Below are positions 13,521 through 29,496 of a stretch of 64,000 nt of DNA, one piece after another. The notes beneath the pieces are model-generated. The model saw only the letters and a list, made by a program, of their open reading frames with translations. It was not told the DNA's origin and did no database searches. The stretch's first letter is position 1, and every line of letters begins with the position of its first letter. This DNA is from Felis catus (lineage: Eukaryota), in NCBI RefSeq assembly GCF_018350175.1, contig NC_058368.1, forward strand, positions 93,684,001 through 93,748,000, written 5' to 3'. The position numbers and the translations under genes were made by a program.

Positions 13521-14496
13521 ACAGTTTTTGTTGTTTGAAGTTTTCCTGTACTTTTTAGGAGAGAGGAGTGCTCTAGGATTTTTCTTAGCTCCTGTCCTAA
13601 AGCTTCTTGTTCATTCTGAGAAAGTAATCGACAGGACATCACCAGTGACATTCCTTCTCAACGTTGACCTGGACTTTCTCTTTTCCTTGTCCTCTCATAC
13701 CTGTCCTGTCCAGCTGAAATCCTACTTTCAGCAGTTTCTCCCTGTGCCAGGCTTTGTGTCATCAGTTCTGAGACATATACAGCCCCGGGGCCCAGCTCAC
13801 TACGTTGCCGGCACACACTACGTTGCACACCCACCGGCGGAGGGAACCTGTAGGAGCCTGGCCAGTCTCTGCTTCTGGTGACAGGCCCCCTGCCAGGCTG
13901 CCAAGAAACCGTGCTGTCAGCGAATAGCTGCCTGCTTTCCCCTTCCCCACAGGCAGACGCCGAAACTATCTGTCGGTCAGTGGTCTGTCCTTCCTTGCTT
14001 GCCTCACTCTTGAGGGTCATGGGGACAACTGTCATCTAGTTTTGTAGAACGGGGTCTGGGGCTATCCTGGTTACCCTGTATTCTTATGCTAAGGCTCAGA
14101 AAGTACACTATTGCTGTCATCTTCCTGGAGCTTAACCCCTGTGAACGCTCTATTACAGGAGAGATTTCAGTAACAATCATTTTATGATGGTTGTGACAGA
14201 AATTATACTTAGAAATTTACTGGATTTCAGGTGCTATGCCAAATGCTTTACATGCATTATCTCATTTAATCCTTGAATAACCTCAGGAGTTAGTCCCCCC
14301 CACTCCCGGGTCCAAGATCATACTGCTGAACTGGCAGATGTGGGATTTAAACCCAACTCATCACACTCCAGAGCACCTCCTTACTAAACTGACTCTCAAA
14401 TATTATCAGGTGCGACCATTTCCAAACTATCTACCACTGTAATCACAACCTCTATGTGAACTGAAATTAAAGAAAAGCTATTTCAAGATCTGATAA

Positions 14497-14498
<2 letters not shown>

Positions 14499-14529
<31 letters not shown>
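14499..14529 (+). repeat. (CA)n microsatellite
   Basis: Read directly. A longer (CA)n lies at about 53427-53469. Confidence 0.95.
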
Positions 14530-14533
<4 letters not shown>

Positions 14534-15259
14534 AGGTCAAATCTAAAGACACTGCAGATGATGAATAGGTTGAACTGTGTTGTGTGACCTGATGAATCTT
14601 GTTCTCCTGCAGATGCTCTAAACAAAGCTTCTACCAACATCTGAAAAATACCATACTCAGGGTAGGGGCAGAACACAGGGAACAGAGTTCTTGTGGACTT
14701 CCTCTTTCCCTGCTCATTGTAATAGCACTGCTAAAGAACAAAGCATATACGTGAAATATTACTTATCGCTTAGTTTATACTCTTCTTGTAAATAACTATT
14801 TAGAAACAGGAGTAGCTTCTCTGTAGGTTCACTGGGTTGTTTCCGTCGGCACGCTGCTATGGAAGGTAAACACCTACTGGGCCACAAGGTTTCATAAAAA
14901 GGCCCCATTCAGAATCATAATGTAATTTATAATCTCATGCTATTAAATTATACAAGGAGCTAGGAGATACTTCTTAATAGTTTTATGAAATACTTTTAAA
15001 CTTGGACTTCCCTCGCATTTACAAATACAGTTACCATTATTACTAACTTTCTTACCTTCTAACCACTGATGGCAATTCAGAAAAAGCAATCAGGGCTTTT
15101 TGTAACAGATCTAAAGCCGTATCATATATGCTATTTTAACTTCTAATGTTTAGGAAGTGACTTAGTTTGAGATGGGGATGTTTTAATTTGCCAGGATTTA
15201 AATAGTAGCAACTGAAATAACTCATCGAAAGATAACATCTCTTGTTAAGCTTATATTTT

Positions 15260-16872
15260 CCCCACAATCAGAACATGGATTTTATTTCTAATTAAAAACA
15301 TAATAAAGTTGACTTTGGCAAGGTGAGGTTTAAGACTAAACATGCCAACTACAAATGAATCATTTCTCCAAGCATATACCAGATTTCCCTTTGGAAGGAC
15401 CATTATTTAAGAGTATTTCTCCCTCCAATTTAGGAAATAAAATTTAAATATTTTAATTCCTAAACAGTAATGCTAGTAATTTAGTTTTTGTACTGATAGT
15501 TGCAGAATAATTCAACATTTATAATCCCTACGACTTTAACTTAAACCCAGCTTCTTTAGTGAAGAGATCTTCTCCATTTCGGTACTCGTCTCACATCTTT
15601 GAACGTCATTCAACAACAGTGATGGAAGTGATTTATTGATAAACTGGTCACGAATGAAGATGAGTTATTATGCCATTTCCTTTACAATTAGGTAGTTCAA
15701 AGAATTAAGAAAACAAAACTGAAAGAACAAAAGCGAAATCCTAGTCCTTAACCCCTAAAGAGAACGTTTCCCTTCCACTTACCTGAAAATATAAAAATAT
15801 AAATGACCATGTATGGAGCTGCACCATTAAATCTACTTTAGTGGTTCTGGTTTTTTACTGAGATTTTTACTTATTTGCTTTGAAAAAATTAGAAAATTGT
15901 CAGTGTGAAATCAGAACCACTAACACACTAGAGGCAACAAACTAAAAAAAAAAAAATCTAAATGGCTAAAAATAACTCTGTTATAAAAGTACAAGTATAA
16001 TTTACAATATCACATATTTCAGAAACATAAACAAAACCACTAGATGTCTTTCCTTCTAGATGACCGTTTTCTCCCCAGAAAGGAAAAGCAACTAATAATG
16101 AACTTAAAATCAAACCTGTTATTCACTCCAGCAACATCTAAATAAGTGACCCACGTAGCACAAAACCTTCTCATTCACAATCACATACAGTTAAATTATT
16201 TTTTCCTTAGTTACATAATAGTCTTCTTAAATCAATGTCCACTTAGAAAATTACTATATTAGTTAAGCCTATTCATCCTTGCTATGAAGTTAATTTCATT
16301 TATATAGGCCACGTATGTTTACTGGCACACTTTACTTAATAAGACAAAATAAGTCATTCTTCTTTTTAAAAATTATGGAATCATCTGTTTTCAAAGAAGA
16401 ATCCTAAATACTTCATTCATTAAAGCAATTTTTTACCATCAGCTGGCAAGCTTTTCAAATGATCACTAAGTGTTCACCCGCAGATTATCAACGCTCTGTG
16501 AACTGTAAACTTGTTCTGAAGATTTGTGTCCATTTTACAGTATGATACAATTCGCACTGAAGAGTTTTTTTAAAAAGATAACCTACATACATACAGTTAA
16601 TTTGCCCAAAGAACTTCTTAGAAATACAGTATAAACATTTAAGAACCACAACAGAGTCCGCTGTGGTTCAAACTTCAACAAAGATTTTCTTGAAACCCAG
16701 TCCAAAGGTTACTGGCTCAAGACCATATTCCAAAGTGACATCAGCACGCAATCTGACTGTGAGACTCTACCTCTTAAGAAAAGAGCACACTTGGTTATAC
16801 ATGGCTTTGAACCTTGAGCTACAGTTATGCTACAAACTCCCTGCCTCCCCCCCACCCCCCAAAGGAAGTCAG
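15260..16872 (-). other. PGGT1B: PGGT1B 3' UTR (distal end uncertain; may extend further left)
   Basis: AT-rich, repeat-free sequence after the stop codon. Minus-strand AATAAA hexamers at 15632-15637 and 15281-15286. Confidence 0.6.
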
Positions 16873-17136
<264 letters not shown>

Positions 17137-19419
17137 CTATGAGCCCATAACAATTAAATTTAGAAAAATGTTAAATGCAGTTCTTGAAACATTTGCTTTC
17201 TCAATCTCTGAAAACACCAATTAAAAAAAAGATGACCAAAATCAGATATTTTATTCAAGAAAATACCACTAACAAAGGTAAAGAGTTCTCAAATGAGGTG
17301 ACACTCCCAACATCCTCTGTGATGGAAACACCAAGGAGAGGAACCGTGCTACAAGACTTCTCACTTAGTGGGTTTTCCCTTTCACTTACTACAGAAAAAA
17401 GAAACAAGGGGCTTTAACTGTGTATCATAAAAGGAAAAAAATTCCTTAAAAATGAAAATAACCCTGTGACTGTAAGTAGCAATACTCCTCCCTACTACAT
17501 TGTACCTCTGACATTTCCTAAACCAGTAAGTACTATCCCAATACTGTGTTCAGTGAAAGAAGCCTAAACAAAATAATCCGTTCTGGAATGCTGTACCATA
17601 TTTAGTTTTCCTATTTAGGGGAATGTCAGTCATTCAAAAAATGTCTGACCTGACAGTAAAAACAAACTCACATTCTATGTGGTTATAAATACCATAACCT
17701 TTCTTTTATACTGGCCTCACTACTGGTGCCCATCTTTCAGGGGGCACTGGCCCTCTTCCATTCACGTGGCCACTGAAATCACATGGCTGTTGCCTGCTGG
17801 ACAGCCTTATATGGACCCTGAAGAGCTCAGAGCTCTGCAGTTATGGGAATACTACAAAAAACAGACTTTGTAGCTGTCAAGCCATCATTTATGGCCTCAA
17901 GAGCTACGGATGTTCAAAAACACCTTCCCGATTCAAACTTTTGTCAAAAGAATTAAAGAGAATGTTTTACTAACATATCATTTACTTTTCAAAACAGGAA
18001 TGACAGCTGTGTTCACTCAAAGTTATCAGTGAAAAAGTTATTCTACTAACAGAGGCCCATATCAATCCTCTTTAATGTCTTTTCACAGACTGCTTAGGTT
18101 TCTTCTGGCTCGCTTTTCTCTAATTTTCAGACCACAAAAAAATAAATCTGATTTCCCCTGTTCTATTTAATTTTCCTTATAGTTACTCTAAAAACTTGTC
18201 TAGAAAGGAGGAAACTTTTATGGTCTAAAAATGAGGGAACTTTTCTAGGGAAAAATGCAACTGAAAGAGAAACAAAATCCATCCAGAGTAACATAAAATA
18301 GGATCTTCTACTTTCCACGTAATATAAAAATAAAACATTTTTTTCTCAAAAAGATTTCTGTAAAAGCCAATGAATCAGCCCTTAATTGTTTCAAACCTCA
18401 AAGAGAAAAATTTTTTTAAACTTCCTGATCTGTATGTGTATTAAAGCATGTCAGATGCTGAAGTATATAGTTTCTTCATAATAAAAGTTCATCCTTTTCT
18501 TCTGTAAATGTATATAAAATTGTTTCGTGTCAAATCTCCTACTAAACCTACTAGAACCAAGAATAAGCTAATTTTAAAGACTTGTTAGAAAGGATTTTCC
18601 TAAAGGCTCTGTGAATAGGTCTTCCAGATAAATTCAATTTATTATACAAAGACTTTCTATGCTTTGCAGTGTACAAGTTCTGGAGACATTTTACCACATC
18701 TGTACAAAGTATTAAATTTAAGTATTTTACACAAATGTTAAAGTTAGCAACTGATTGCTAGAAAAAAGCTTCAAGAATCTTCTTTTAAAAATTTATTGTA
18801 AATACTCAAAATGTATTTCAAATAGGTTTATGTGTGAAATGCTTTCCAGGGGCACCTGGGTGGCTCAGTCAGCTAAGCATCTGACCCTTGATTTCAACTC
18901 AGGTCATGATCTCAAGGTTCGTGGGATGGGGTCCCGCACTGGGCTCTGTGCTGACAGTGCAGAGTCTGCTTGGGATTCTCTCTCCCTCGCTCTCTGCCCC
19001 TCTCCTGCATGCGTGTGCTCTCTCAAAATAAACATTTAATAGGAAAAAAAAAAAAAAGAAATGCTTTCTAAGATACTGTCATTTCCCTATTCCTACTTGT
19101 TAAAATAGTACATTATTTGTCAAAATAGTTCAAGTCCTGATGAAAAATAATGGCATCAATTCTGTTTTCTTAAGGTAATACTGTAACATATTTATAGCTA
19201 TGGTTAGATACTAAATTATTTAAAGCTTGTTTATTTTGAGAGAGTGAGCATGCACAAACAAGCAGGGGAGGGGCAGAGAGAGAGGGAGAGAGAGAATCCC
19301 AAGAAGGATCCACTCAGTGAAGAGCCCACAACCATGAGATCTTGACCTGAGCCAATATCAAGAGTTGGACACTTAACCAACTGAGCCACACAGGTGCCCC
19401 TACAGATACCAAATTTAAA

Positions 19420-20502
19420 AATATTATTTCCCTTTATAAAAACAAATAAAGAACTCATACAACCCAGCAGAAAAAAAACCCCAAGCAACTCAGCTGAAAA
19501 ATGGGCAAAGGATTTGAATAGTTATTTCTCCAAAGAAGAAACACAAAAGGCCAACCAATGCTCGACATCAGTGGACACAGTGACCGTTAGGGAAATACAA
19601 ATTAAAACCACAGTGCCATGTGACTCCTGTTAGAACAGCCATCATCAAAGAGAGAAAAGATAACAAATGCTGGTGTGCATGTGGAGAAAGGGGAGCCCTC
19701 CTGCGCTGCTGGTGGGAGTGTAAATCAGTGCAGCCACGAAACAGTATGGAGGATGCTTAAAGGATTAAAAACAGAACTACCACACCACCCAGTAAGTCCA
19801 CTCATGAGGGTGTACACAAAGGAAATGAAAACAATAACTTAATGTTGACACTCCGATGTACACGGCTGAATTATTTATAGGAGCCAAGATATGGAAACAA
19901 CCTAACACTCCATTGACAGATGGACAAAGAACTTGCAGTATATACACAATGAAACCTGATTCAGCCATAAAGAACCAGGGGGAATCCTACTACTTGCGAC
20001 AACATCAGTGGACCTGAAGGTGTAATGCTAAGTGAAATAAGTCAGAAAAAGACAAATACTGTATGATCTCACTTCTATGTGGACTCTAAGAAAAAAAAAA
20101 AAAAGACACCAAACTCCTAGAAAAAAAAGACATCAGACCCGTGCTTACCAGAGGTGAGGGCTGGGGCGGGGCATTGGAGGAAGGTGGTCAAAAGGCACAA
20201 ACATCCAGTAATAAGTAATTACTGGGGATGTAACCTACAACATGAGGACTATAGCCAAGGCTGTTGTACGATGTACAGGAAATTTGTTAGGGTAGTTAAT
20301 CCTAACAGTTCTCATCACAAAATAAACTGTTTGCCCTTTATTATTTTCTTCTTTTTTTCTGGCATCTACATGAGAAGCTGGGTGCTAGCCGAACCTATTC
20401 TGGTAATCATTTCACATAAATGTAAATCAAACCATAATGCTGTATGCCTTAAACTCACAAAGTGATGCATGTCAATTATTTCTCAATAAAACTGGAAAAA
20501 AA
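19420..20502 (+). mobile_element. LINE-1 3' end (old L1M-type)
   Basis: KWAKDLNSYFSKE..REIQIKTT ORF2 remnant. Typical L1 3' UTR ending tctcaataaaactggaaaaaaa. Confidence 0.88.
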
Positions 20503-21340
20503 TATTCTTTTGCTTTAGAAATTAAAAGCACTGTACATTTTTAAAAAAGAAAGCATATTTTGGGGGTGCCTGGGTGGCTCAGTCAGTTGAATGTCTGACT
20601 CTTGATTATGGCTCAGGTCATGATCGCAGAGTTCATGAGTTTGGGTCCTGCATCAGTGGGCTCTGCTTAGGATTTCTTTCTCTCTCTGCCCCTCCCCAGC
20701 TCTCTCTCACTCTCTCAAAAACAAACTTAAAAAAAAAACATATTTTGCATGAAAATACAGGTAAGTGAGAATGTGAGGAAATATTTCTGCTTGCTTCAGG
20801 TACAAAAGTTTGATTTCATGAGCCCCATATTTATTATTTTCATTCAAGTACATATTCCGACTATAGCAGTTTTATTAATGGCGATGAGCTGAAGAGATTC
20901 TAAACTAATAATAAAAACCATGGTTCTACTGCAATGCTATCAAAACAATCATTCCTTGTATCTAGTTTCATATATTTATAGCTAATATTTTATTAACTTG
21001 CTCATCCATAATGCTCTGAATTATTTATAACAAACTTTCAAACTGACTTTTGGGAAGACTGTCAATAGAGTAATTTTGCTACAGGTGAAAACATAATGGG
21101 GAGGGGCAGGCAGGCCTGGAGAATAACACTAGAGGTGGGAGAGGAGCCAGATCTCAGGAGGGCCCTTGTGGGCCATGCAGAAGAACCCACTCAGGGAGCT
21201 AAGAGTCTCTGGATGATTTTAATGGATTTAAGAGTTCAGATTAGACGTTCTCAACCTTTTTTTAAAAAATATATATACTGATGTCTACATTTTTTTTAAT
21301 GTTTATTTTTGAGAGAGAGACAGAGCATGGGTGGGGGAGG

Positions 21341-21387
<47 letters not shown>

Positions 21388-21993
21388 GGAGGGAGGGAGG
21401 GATGGAGGGAGGGAGAGAGGGAGAGAGAGAAAGAGAGAAAGAGAGAAAGAGAGAGGGAGAGAGACACAGGATCCAAGCTGTCAGAGTCTGGTGCGGGGTG
21501 AGATCATGACCTGAGCCGGAAGTTGGATGCTTAACTGACTGAGCCACTGAGCCACCCAGGCACCCTGTTCTTAACCTTTTTTGCATGAGAGATCCTTTGA
21601 GAGTCTGAGGAAGGCTGTGGCCTTTCCCCTGTCATTTAAGCACGTGCACACGCACACACGCACGCACAGTGTCAACGTAAGGAGGACTAGACCAGAAGCA
21701 GGAAGACTATGATACTAAGACTGTTGCAGAACTGTAGGCCTGAACCTGGCCTGGGGCCACTCAAGCTTTGAGGTGGGGTGGGGCACAGAGACCAGGCTCA
21801 GTTGGCAGGCTGGGTCTGAGGGGCCTGTAGGAGGCATCAGAGGAGTAACTGAGCAGGCTGTTTTATATCAGAGTATGCAGCTTAGAATGAAATCTGTCTA
21901 GGTTTGGGAAATGGCAGAATTATCTACATTTTTTAAAAAATGTCATTATTAATAAAGATTATCCGTTATTTCTAAAGAACCCATTTGAAAGTA

Positions 21994-22534
21994 CAATCGA
22001 CCCTTGAACAATGTAGCAGTTATGGCCACTGACACCACGTGCGGTCAAAACTCTACATAGAAGTTGGACTCTCATAAAAGTTAGCTACTGGCAGCCTACT
22101 GTTGACAGGAAAGCCTCATAGGTAACACAGTCAGTGAACACATACTCTGTATGTCCTACATATTATGTATTATATTCTTCTAATCAAGGAAGCTCAAGAA
22201 AAGGAAATGTTATTAAGAAAATAACAAAAAGGGGAGCACCTAGGTGGCTCAGTTGGTTAAGCGTCCAGCTCAGGTCAGGATCTTGCGGTCGTGCGATCGA
22301 GCCCCGACTTGGGCTTCTCACTGAGTGGAACCCACTTGAGATTCCCTCCCTCCCTCCCTCTTTCTCTCTGTCTCCCCGGCCTCCCCTGCTTGCTCTCGCA
22401 CATGCACACTCTCTCAAAATAAACAAGAGTAAAAAAAAGAAAATACGTTTACAATACTGTGCAATATTTATTGAAAAATTCCATTTATAAGTGGACAGGT
22501 GCAGTTCAAACCCGTGCAGTTCAAGGATCAACTG
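21994..22534 (-). mobile_element. Tigger2a-like non-autonomous DNA transposon with a SINE inserted at about 22231-22445
   Basis: TIRs caatcgacccttgaac / gttcaaggatcaactg, with TA on both flanks. Confidence 0.8.
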
Positions 22535-23143
22535 TACTTACTAAATACAAGAATCTTTTTGTTCGTTACTTCGTCATTCCTGAGTTTGGAAAACGATAAA
22601 TATCACATTGTCTGAATCTATGTGGCTCTTGAGTTTTAGACAATGGTAAGAGTTTGAATAGCAAAATATTCTTCTAAAAACAATAACCTGAATCTGCTAA
22701 AATTCAGAAAATAGTTTGGACAGTGAGGGACACCTAACTTCAGGATTAGAGATTTTTGATTTAGTGCCTTCTGAACAGAAATAAGAACCGGTTCCCTTAT
22801 GGATTTAGGCATTTATTCTACTTAGCTCTAGGGTCAGCTAGATTCTGGACGTACCAAATGATCCTCTATTACGGACAGGGTCAATTCGGACCATCTGCCT
22901 TACTGCCTCAAACGAAAGAAAAGTTCGGTAAATGAAATGGAAAAAAAGACAAACGATACCAACACATCTTGATAACCCAAACTTTCCTTTATGCCCCTCA
23001 ACATGATACATTTTCACCCAAACTTAAACAATTTAAGTTTACAACTGTGGCTAAATTTTCTATCTTATGCCCTTTCTGACAAAGATGCCTGAAGATCTAT
23101 CTACTCAAGAAACAAACAAAAGTAAAATTGTTCTAGAGCCCTA

Positions 23144-23359
<216 letters not shown>

Positions 23360-24991
23360 TTAGCTAAGGCTCTTAAAGCAGGCCTCTGGAGACTTGAGCA
23401 CTTACAATCAGTTAACCACATTATCATTTTTATCATCTGATCACTACTCTCCTTTCCTTGACCTACTCACAATTTACATTTTCTGAATCACACCCAACTA
23501 ATCTCTTTGCATCACATTCAGCTAGGTTCAAATCACAACTTTCCCAATCTACTCAACTTAATCAGTCATAAAAAAATATTTTTTCCATGTTTATTTTTGA
23601 GAAAGAGGGAGGGAGGGAAAGGGAGAGAGAGGAAGGGGCAGAGACATGGCAGGGCGGGGTTGGGGGTGGGGGTGGGGTGAGGGTAGAGGATCCCAAGCAG
23701 GCTCCAGGCTGAGAGCCACAAGCTAGATGCAGAGCTTGAACCTATGAACCACGAGATTAGGATCCCCACCAAAGGTAGATGCTCAACTGACTGAACCACC
23801 CAGGCGCCCCTTAATCAGTCATCTTAAAAAGTGCAATTTTATGTACCCATATTTTAATTCTTATGATAGGCTTTTACAATTCTTATGGTAGGCTCTTTGT
23901 TATATACTGGTAGTAACTTAAACCAAAAATATTTCAAAAAAGAGCAACAGAAATTATTAACCAGGTGCTATGGACAGTTTTGAGAGTAGTAAAAAATTAA
24001 ACCTCTGTAATCAGGAAGTGTAATTTTAGCATCAAAAAAACTATGTAGCTTGGGGCACCTGGGTGGCTCAGTCGGTTAAGTGTCCGACTTCGGCTCAGGT
24101 CATGATCTCGCGGTTCGCAGGTTCGAGTCCCATGTCGGGCTCTGCTGACAGCTCAGAGCCTGGAGCCTGCTTCAGATTCTGTGTCTCCCTCTCTCTGCCC
24201 CTCGCTTCCTCACACCATCTGTCTGTCTCTCTCTCTCTCAAAAATAAATAAACGTTAAAAAAAAAACAAAACTATGTAGCTTTAAGTTTTAGGACATGTA
24301 TTTGTGATCTCTCTCAAGATCCCATTAAATAGAAAAAAAAGAATAAATCAAACCATGAATAGGGGTGGGGGTGGAGTAGTAGCAAGGGAGTTCAAAAAAC
24401 CTCTGTAAGACACAAAGCAGCTGAAAGCATGTTAATAAATCAGAGAGCCATAAAAGATATTGATTAAAGCAGCATTATTTCTCAAAAAAAGAAAAACACA
24501 AAGCCTAAAACAATTATGATACAAATAAGAAACATACTTATTCACTCTTTTAACTTAGTTAATACAATGTAAGGAAAGAGACTTTATACAATCCACCAAC
24601 TAGGGCTGGGTGGTTCAGCTGGCTGAGTGTCACACTTCAATTCAGCTTATGATCTCATGGTTTTTGAGTTCAAGCTCCACATTGGGCTGGGCTCACTGCT
24701 GTCAGCACAGAGCCACTTTGGATCCTCTGTCCTCCCCCCGCCACACTTTCCCCACTTGCGCTTGTATGCGCTCATGCACATGCTCTCTCTCAAAAGTAAA
24801 CATTAAAAAAGAAATCCACCAGCTAGAAACATTTTCCATCAAATGGCCTATAGGTCATTACATAAAAAGAAGAAACTATATAATCTTAACATTGTATTTG
24901 GTTCAGCAATAAACAATATTTACATGATCACAGTAAGTGCTGATTCTTGGTTTTCTAATTTTATTTTATTTTTTTTAAGTTTATTTATTTT

Positions 24992-25023
<32 letters not shown>

Positions 25024-25983
25024 GACACACACGGTCAGAGAGAGAGAATCCCAAGCAGGCTCCATGCTGTCAAGTGCAAGAGCCCCACATGGGGGCTTGA
25101 ACCCATGAACCATGAGATCATGAACTAAGCTGAAATCAAAAGTTGGGGACACTGAACAGACTGGGCCATCCCTTTAGTTTTCAAATTTTGTAATCAACCT
25201 ACAGACAAAACATAAAATATGTGATTATTGTTGCTGAATAAAATATGTTACTTGACATTATAAAAATAAAGGTACTATGACAGAATTAAAAGGTGCAAAG
25301 AGGAAAAGGTTCAGAACTAAAAAATAAATAACCAGTAACAATGTGTTTTAAAAAAGGAAGGCTAAATCTTCATTTTTCATGTGAGGAATCAAAGATAATG
25401 TCTAAAGACAAGTCAAGAAATCAGTTAAAGCTGGGGCACCTGGGTGGCTCAGTCGGTTAAGCATCCGACTTCGGCTCAGGTCATGATCTCTCAGTTTGGG
25501 GGTTCAAGCCCCGCGTTGGGCTCTGTGCTGACAGCTTGGAGCCTGGAGCCTGCTTCAGATTCTGTGTCTCCCTCTCTCTGACCCTCCCCCATTCATGTTC
25601 TGTCTCTGTCTCAAAAATAAACAATAATTTTTTTTTTTTAAATCAGTTAAAGCTATGGTGATATCCGTAAGAATTAAAAAAATTTAAAGATTCTTAAAAA
25701 TGGTTGCTTTCAGAAAGTTGTCAAAGACTGTACCAAGGTCATATCCAAAAGATTCAATAGCCAACATGAAGGAGCTTCAACTGGCTAAAAATGGTACAAT
25801 CTGAGCGTCAAAAAGAACAATGTATTAGATTAAAACATAAAATATGTTGGGGGGCATGGGTGGCTCAGTTGGTTGAGCATCCTACTCTTGATTTCGGCTC
25901 AGGTCATCATCCCAGGGTTGTGGGATCGAGCACCACATCAGGAATTGTGCTGAGCATTGAGCCTACTTGGGATTCATATTCTC

Positions 25984-26025
<42 letters not shown>

Positions 26026-26399
26026 CCCCATCTTTTCCTCTCTCTCCCCCTCCCTCCCTCTCTTTGCCCCTCTCCCCCACTTGCGCTCTTGTTAAACATT
26101 AGCAACATAAAATATGTTAACCCCAATGGCTGTTAAAATGATTCTGTAAAAAAAAAAAAAAAAAAAAAACTAGGGGTGCTGGGGTGGCTCAGTTGGTTAA
26201 GTGTCCAACTTCAGTTCAGTCGTGATCTCACAGCTCGTGGGTTCGAGCCCTACATCGGGCTCTGTGCTGACAGCTTGGAGCCTGGAACCCGCTTCATGTT
26301 CTATGTCTCCCTCTCTCTCTGCCCCTCCCCTGCTCATGCTGTCTCTCTCTGTCTCTCAAAGATAAATAAACATTAAAAAAAGAAAATAAAAAAAAAATA

Positions 26400-28212
26400 G
26401 TAGGTTTTTTTTTATACACCAGCAACAAACAATCCAAAAAGAAATTATGAAATCAATTCTATTTACAATGACATATAAAATAATTCAATATTTGGGAATA
26501 AACTGATCAAGGACTACAAAATACTGCTGAAAGAAATGAAAGATCTAAGTAAATGGATGCTCACTAAAGGAGGATTTAACACTGTTAAAAGTCAATTACT
26601 ACCAAAAATGATCTTCAGATTCAATGCAATATTTATCAAAATGTCAATAGCCTTTTTGGTAAGAAACAGAAAAGCCAGTTCTCAAGTTCATTACGAGATT
26701 GCAAGGTGCCCTGTATTAAGGGCCCAAACAATACTGAAAAAGAATAAAGTTGAAGGACTCATACTTTCTGACTCTGAATTTTACTACAAAGCTGCAATAA
26801 TTAAAACAGGAGGAGAATGGAGTAGGGACACACAGACCAAAGGAACAGAGAACCCACAAAAAAAACAAAAACAAAGCGAAACCAAAAAAACCACATGCAT
26901 ATGCTCAGCTGATTTTCAACAAGGGTCCTAAGGCCATTTAATGGGACAGAGAACAGTCTTTTCAACAAACAGTCCTGGAAAAGCTGGATATCCACCTGTA
27001 AGATAATGAAGTTGAGCTCTCATTTTTATACCATATACAAAAATTAACTCAAAATGCATCAGACCTAAAACTCAAGGCTAAAACTACAAAACTCTTGGAA
27101 GAAAATACTGGGGAAAATCTTTATGACATTGGCTTTGGCAGTGACTTCATAGATAGGACAACCAAAACCACAGGCAACACAAGAAAAAAACAGATAAACT
27201 GGACTTCATCAAAATTAGAAATTTTATACATCAAAGAACATCAACAAAGTTACAAGCAACCACAGAATGGGAAAAAAATAGGTGTATATCACAGAACTTG
27301 ATAAGGCATTAATATCCAGAATGCCTGAAGAACCCCTACAACCCATCAACAAAAAACCTCACAACATGATTAAAAAATGGACAAAGTCCCTGAATAAAAA
27401 TTTTGCCAAAGACACACAAATGGCCCATAAGCACATCAAAAGAGGCTCAGTATCACTAATCATTAGGGAAATGCAAATCAAAACCACAATGAGATGCCAC
27501 TTCACACCCACTGGTGTGGCCATTATAAAAACCAAAACCAAACAGAAAAATCAAGCGTTATTGATCATATGGAGAAACTGGAACCCTCATATACTGCTAG
27601 CAGGAATGTAACATGGTGCACACCCTCACTGTGGGAAACAGTATGGCAGTTCCTCAAAAAGTTAAACATAGAACTATCATAAGATCCGGCAATTCCATTC
27701 CTAATATCCAAAAGAAATGAAAAAAGAAAGTCAGTTATTTGTACACCAATGTCCAAAGCTGCCTTATTCACAAGAGCTGAAATGTGGAAATAAACCATGT
27801 CCATCAACAGATGAATGGATAAACTGTGGTATAAACATACAACAGCATATTAATCAGTCATAAAAAGGATTAAATTTTGATATATGCTACAACATGGATG
27901 GATCCTGAGAGCATTATGCTAAGTGAAATAAGCCAGACACAGAAGGGCACATATTGTGTGATGCCACTTATACAATGTCCCAAGAATAGGCAAATTCATA
28001 GAAAGTAGAACAGAGGTCACCAGGGGCTAGGGGAAGGAGCGAGTACAGAGTTTATACTGAGGATAACCAAAGTTTTGGGTATAGACAGTGGAGAGGGTTC
28101 CATAACACTGTGAATGTATACCTAATACCACCAGATTGTATTCTTACAAATAGTTAAACTGATAAATATTATATTATGTATAGTACACCACCATAAAAGA
28201 AAAAAAAAAAAA
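26400..28212 (+). mobile_element. 5'-truncated, decayed LINE-1 (ORF2 3' part, 3' UTR, A-tail)
   Basis: ORFs 26536..26931, 27095..27301 and 27282..27611 are frameshifted ORF2 fragments (LPKMIFRFNAI.., [18 protein letters not shown]). A-tail at about 28195-28212. Confidence 0.92.
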
Positions 28213-29284
28213 CGCTGATGGGGAACTTTATGGTGGATAAATCAGGTTTAATGATTCTGGAGCACTTTGATCACAGGGAGATAAACAGAAATTATGTGCC
28301 TCTTGACGTGATGCAATAGGAAATATACATAATCACTGACTAGTTAATGATTTCATGGAATTGTGGTTGATTTTTCAGATGTGATAATGACACCATAGTT
28401 CTGTTTCTTAGAAGGTTATTTCTAGTTAGAAATTACACTGAAAATTTTCCAGATAATACGAAAAATGGTATCTGGAATCTGCCCTAAAATAATACAGTGA
28501 TGGGGAGGGAAGGGAGCTGGAATATGGATAAGACTGGCTGGCTTTGTGACAAAAGCTGATGAGTCTAGCTGTGGACACACAGGGGTTCATTACACTGTTC
28601 TACTTTTGAATATGTTTGAAATTTTCCCTAATTAAAATCAAAGGGGTACACTTGAGGAATGGCAATAGAAGTGAGGAGAGAGAGGGAGATATACTTAGTT
28701 TTACATCATTCTGTTTTCAGAATTTATTTCAGAATTTTAGAAAATAGGATATTACATAAAAGATGAATGGACTTTTGTTAGATTTCAGAGTATCAGAATT
28801 AAATTATATATTTTAAAAGCGAAAAGGCAACTTCAAGATAGAGAAAACTTGTGGGTACTTAGTGGCTCATAACCTTATGGCATTAGGTATGACAAAAGGT
28901 AAGAGATGGAGAAAAATGTCAATCCGTTGGGGTTAGGCAAATAAACTGATAAAAAAAAAACTAAAAATCACAAATAGTTTTTAAAGAAATGACCCATGGT
29001 TTATCTTTTCAGATTAATAACTTCCCATAAAGCCTTTTTTGGGATCACGTTCAGACAGAGCCCTACTCTAGAGAGACCACTGGTCATTTATGGTAACCAG
29101 TTTCTTACGACCTTACACCTTGTACCTTACGCTTTTTTACTACGTTCTAGGCCACTTAAGTTTTATAAGAATGGAAATTTTCAAGAAGCACAACAGGTAA
29201 TGAACTCTATGGAAAAAACCATACATAGAGTAGCTTTGCCTGAGCAGCAGAAAAAATGAAGTGGCCTGAATGTAGCAGTATTTA

Positions 29285-29496
29285 AAAATTTTTTTTTTAA
29301 CATTTATTTATTTTTGAGACAGAGAGAGACAGAGCATGAACGGGGAGGGTCACAGAGAGAGGGAGACACAGAATCTGGAACAGGCTCCAGGCTCTGAGCT
29401 GTCAGCACAGAGCCTGACACGACTCTCGAACTCATGGACCGCGAGATCATGAGTCAAAGTCGGACACTTAACCGACTGAGCCACCCAGGAGTCCCA
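29285..29496 (-). mobile_element. CAN-SINE about 105 bp downstream of the exon 7 donor, sense to PGGT1B
   Basis: Full SINE flanked by the direct repeat gaatgtagcagtatttaa. Confidence 0.92.

Noticed and set aside
1..14500. Exons of a neighbouring gene or a processed pseudogene
   Set aside because: None of the ORFs resembles a protein I recognise; the region is mostly SINE, L1, L2, MER and LTR-like sequence.
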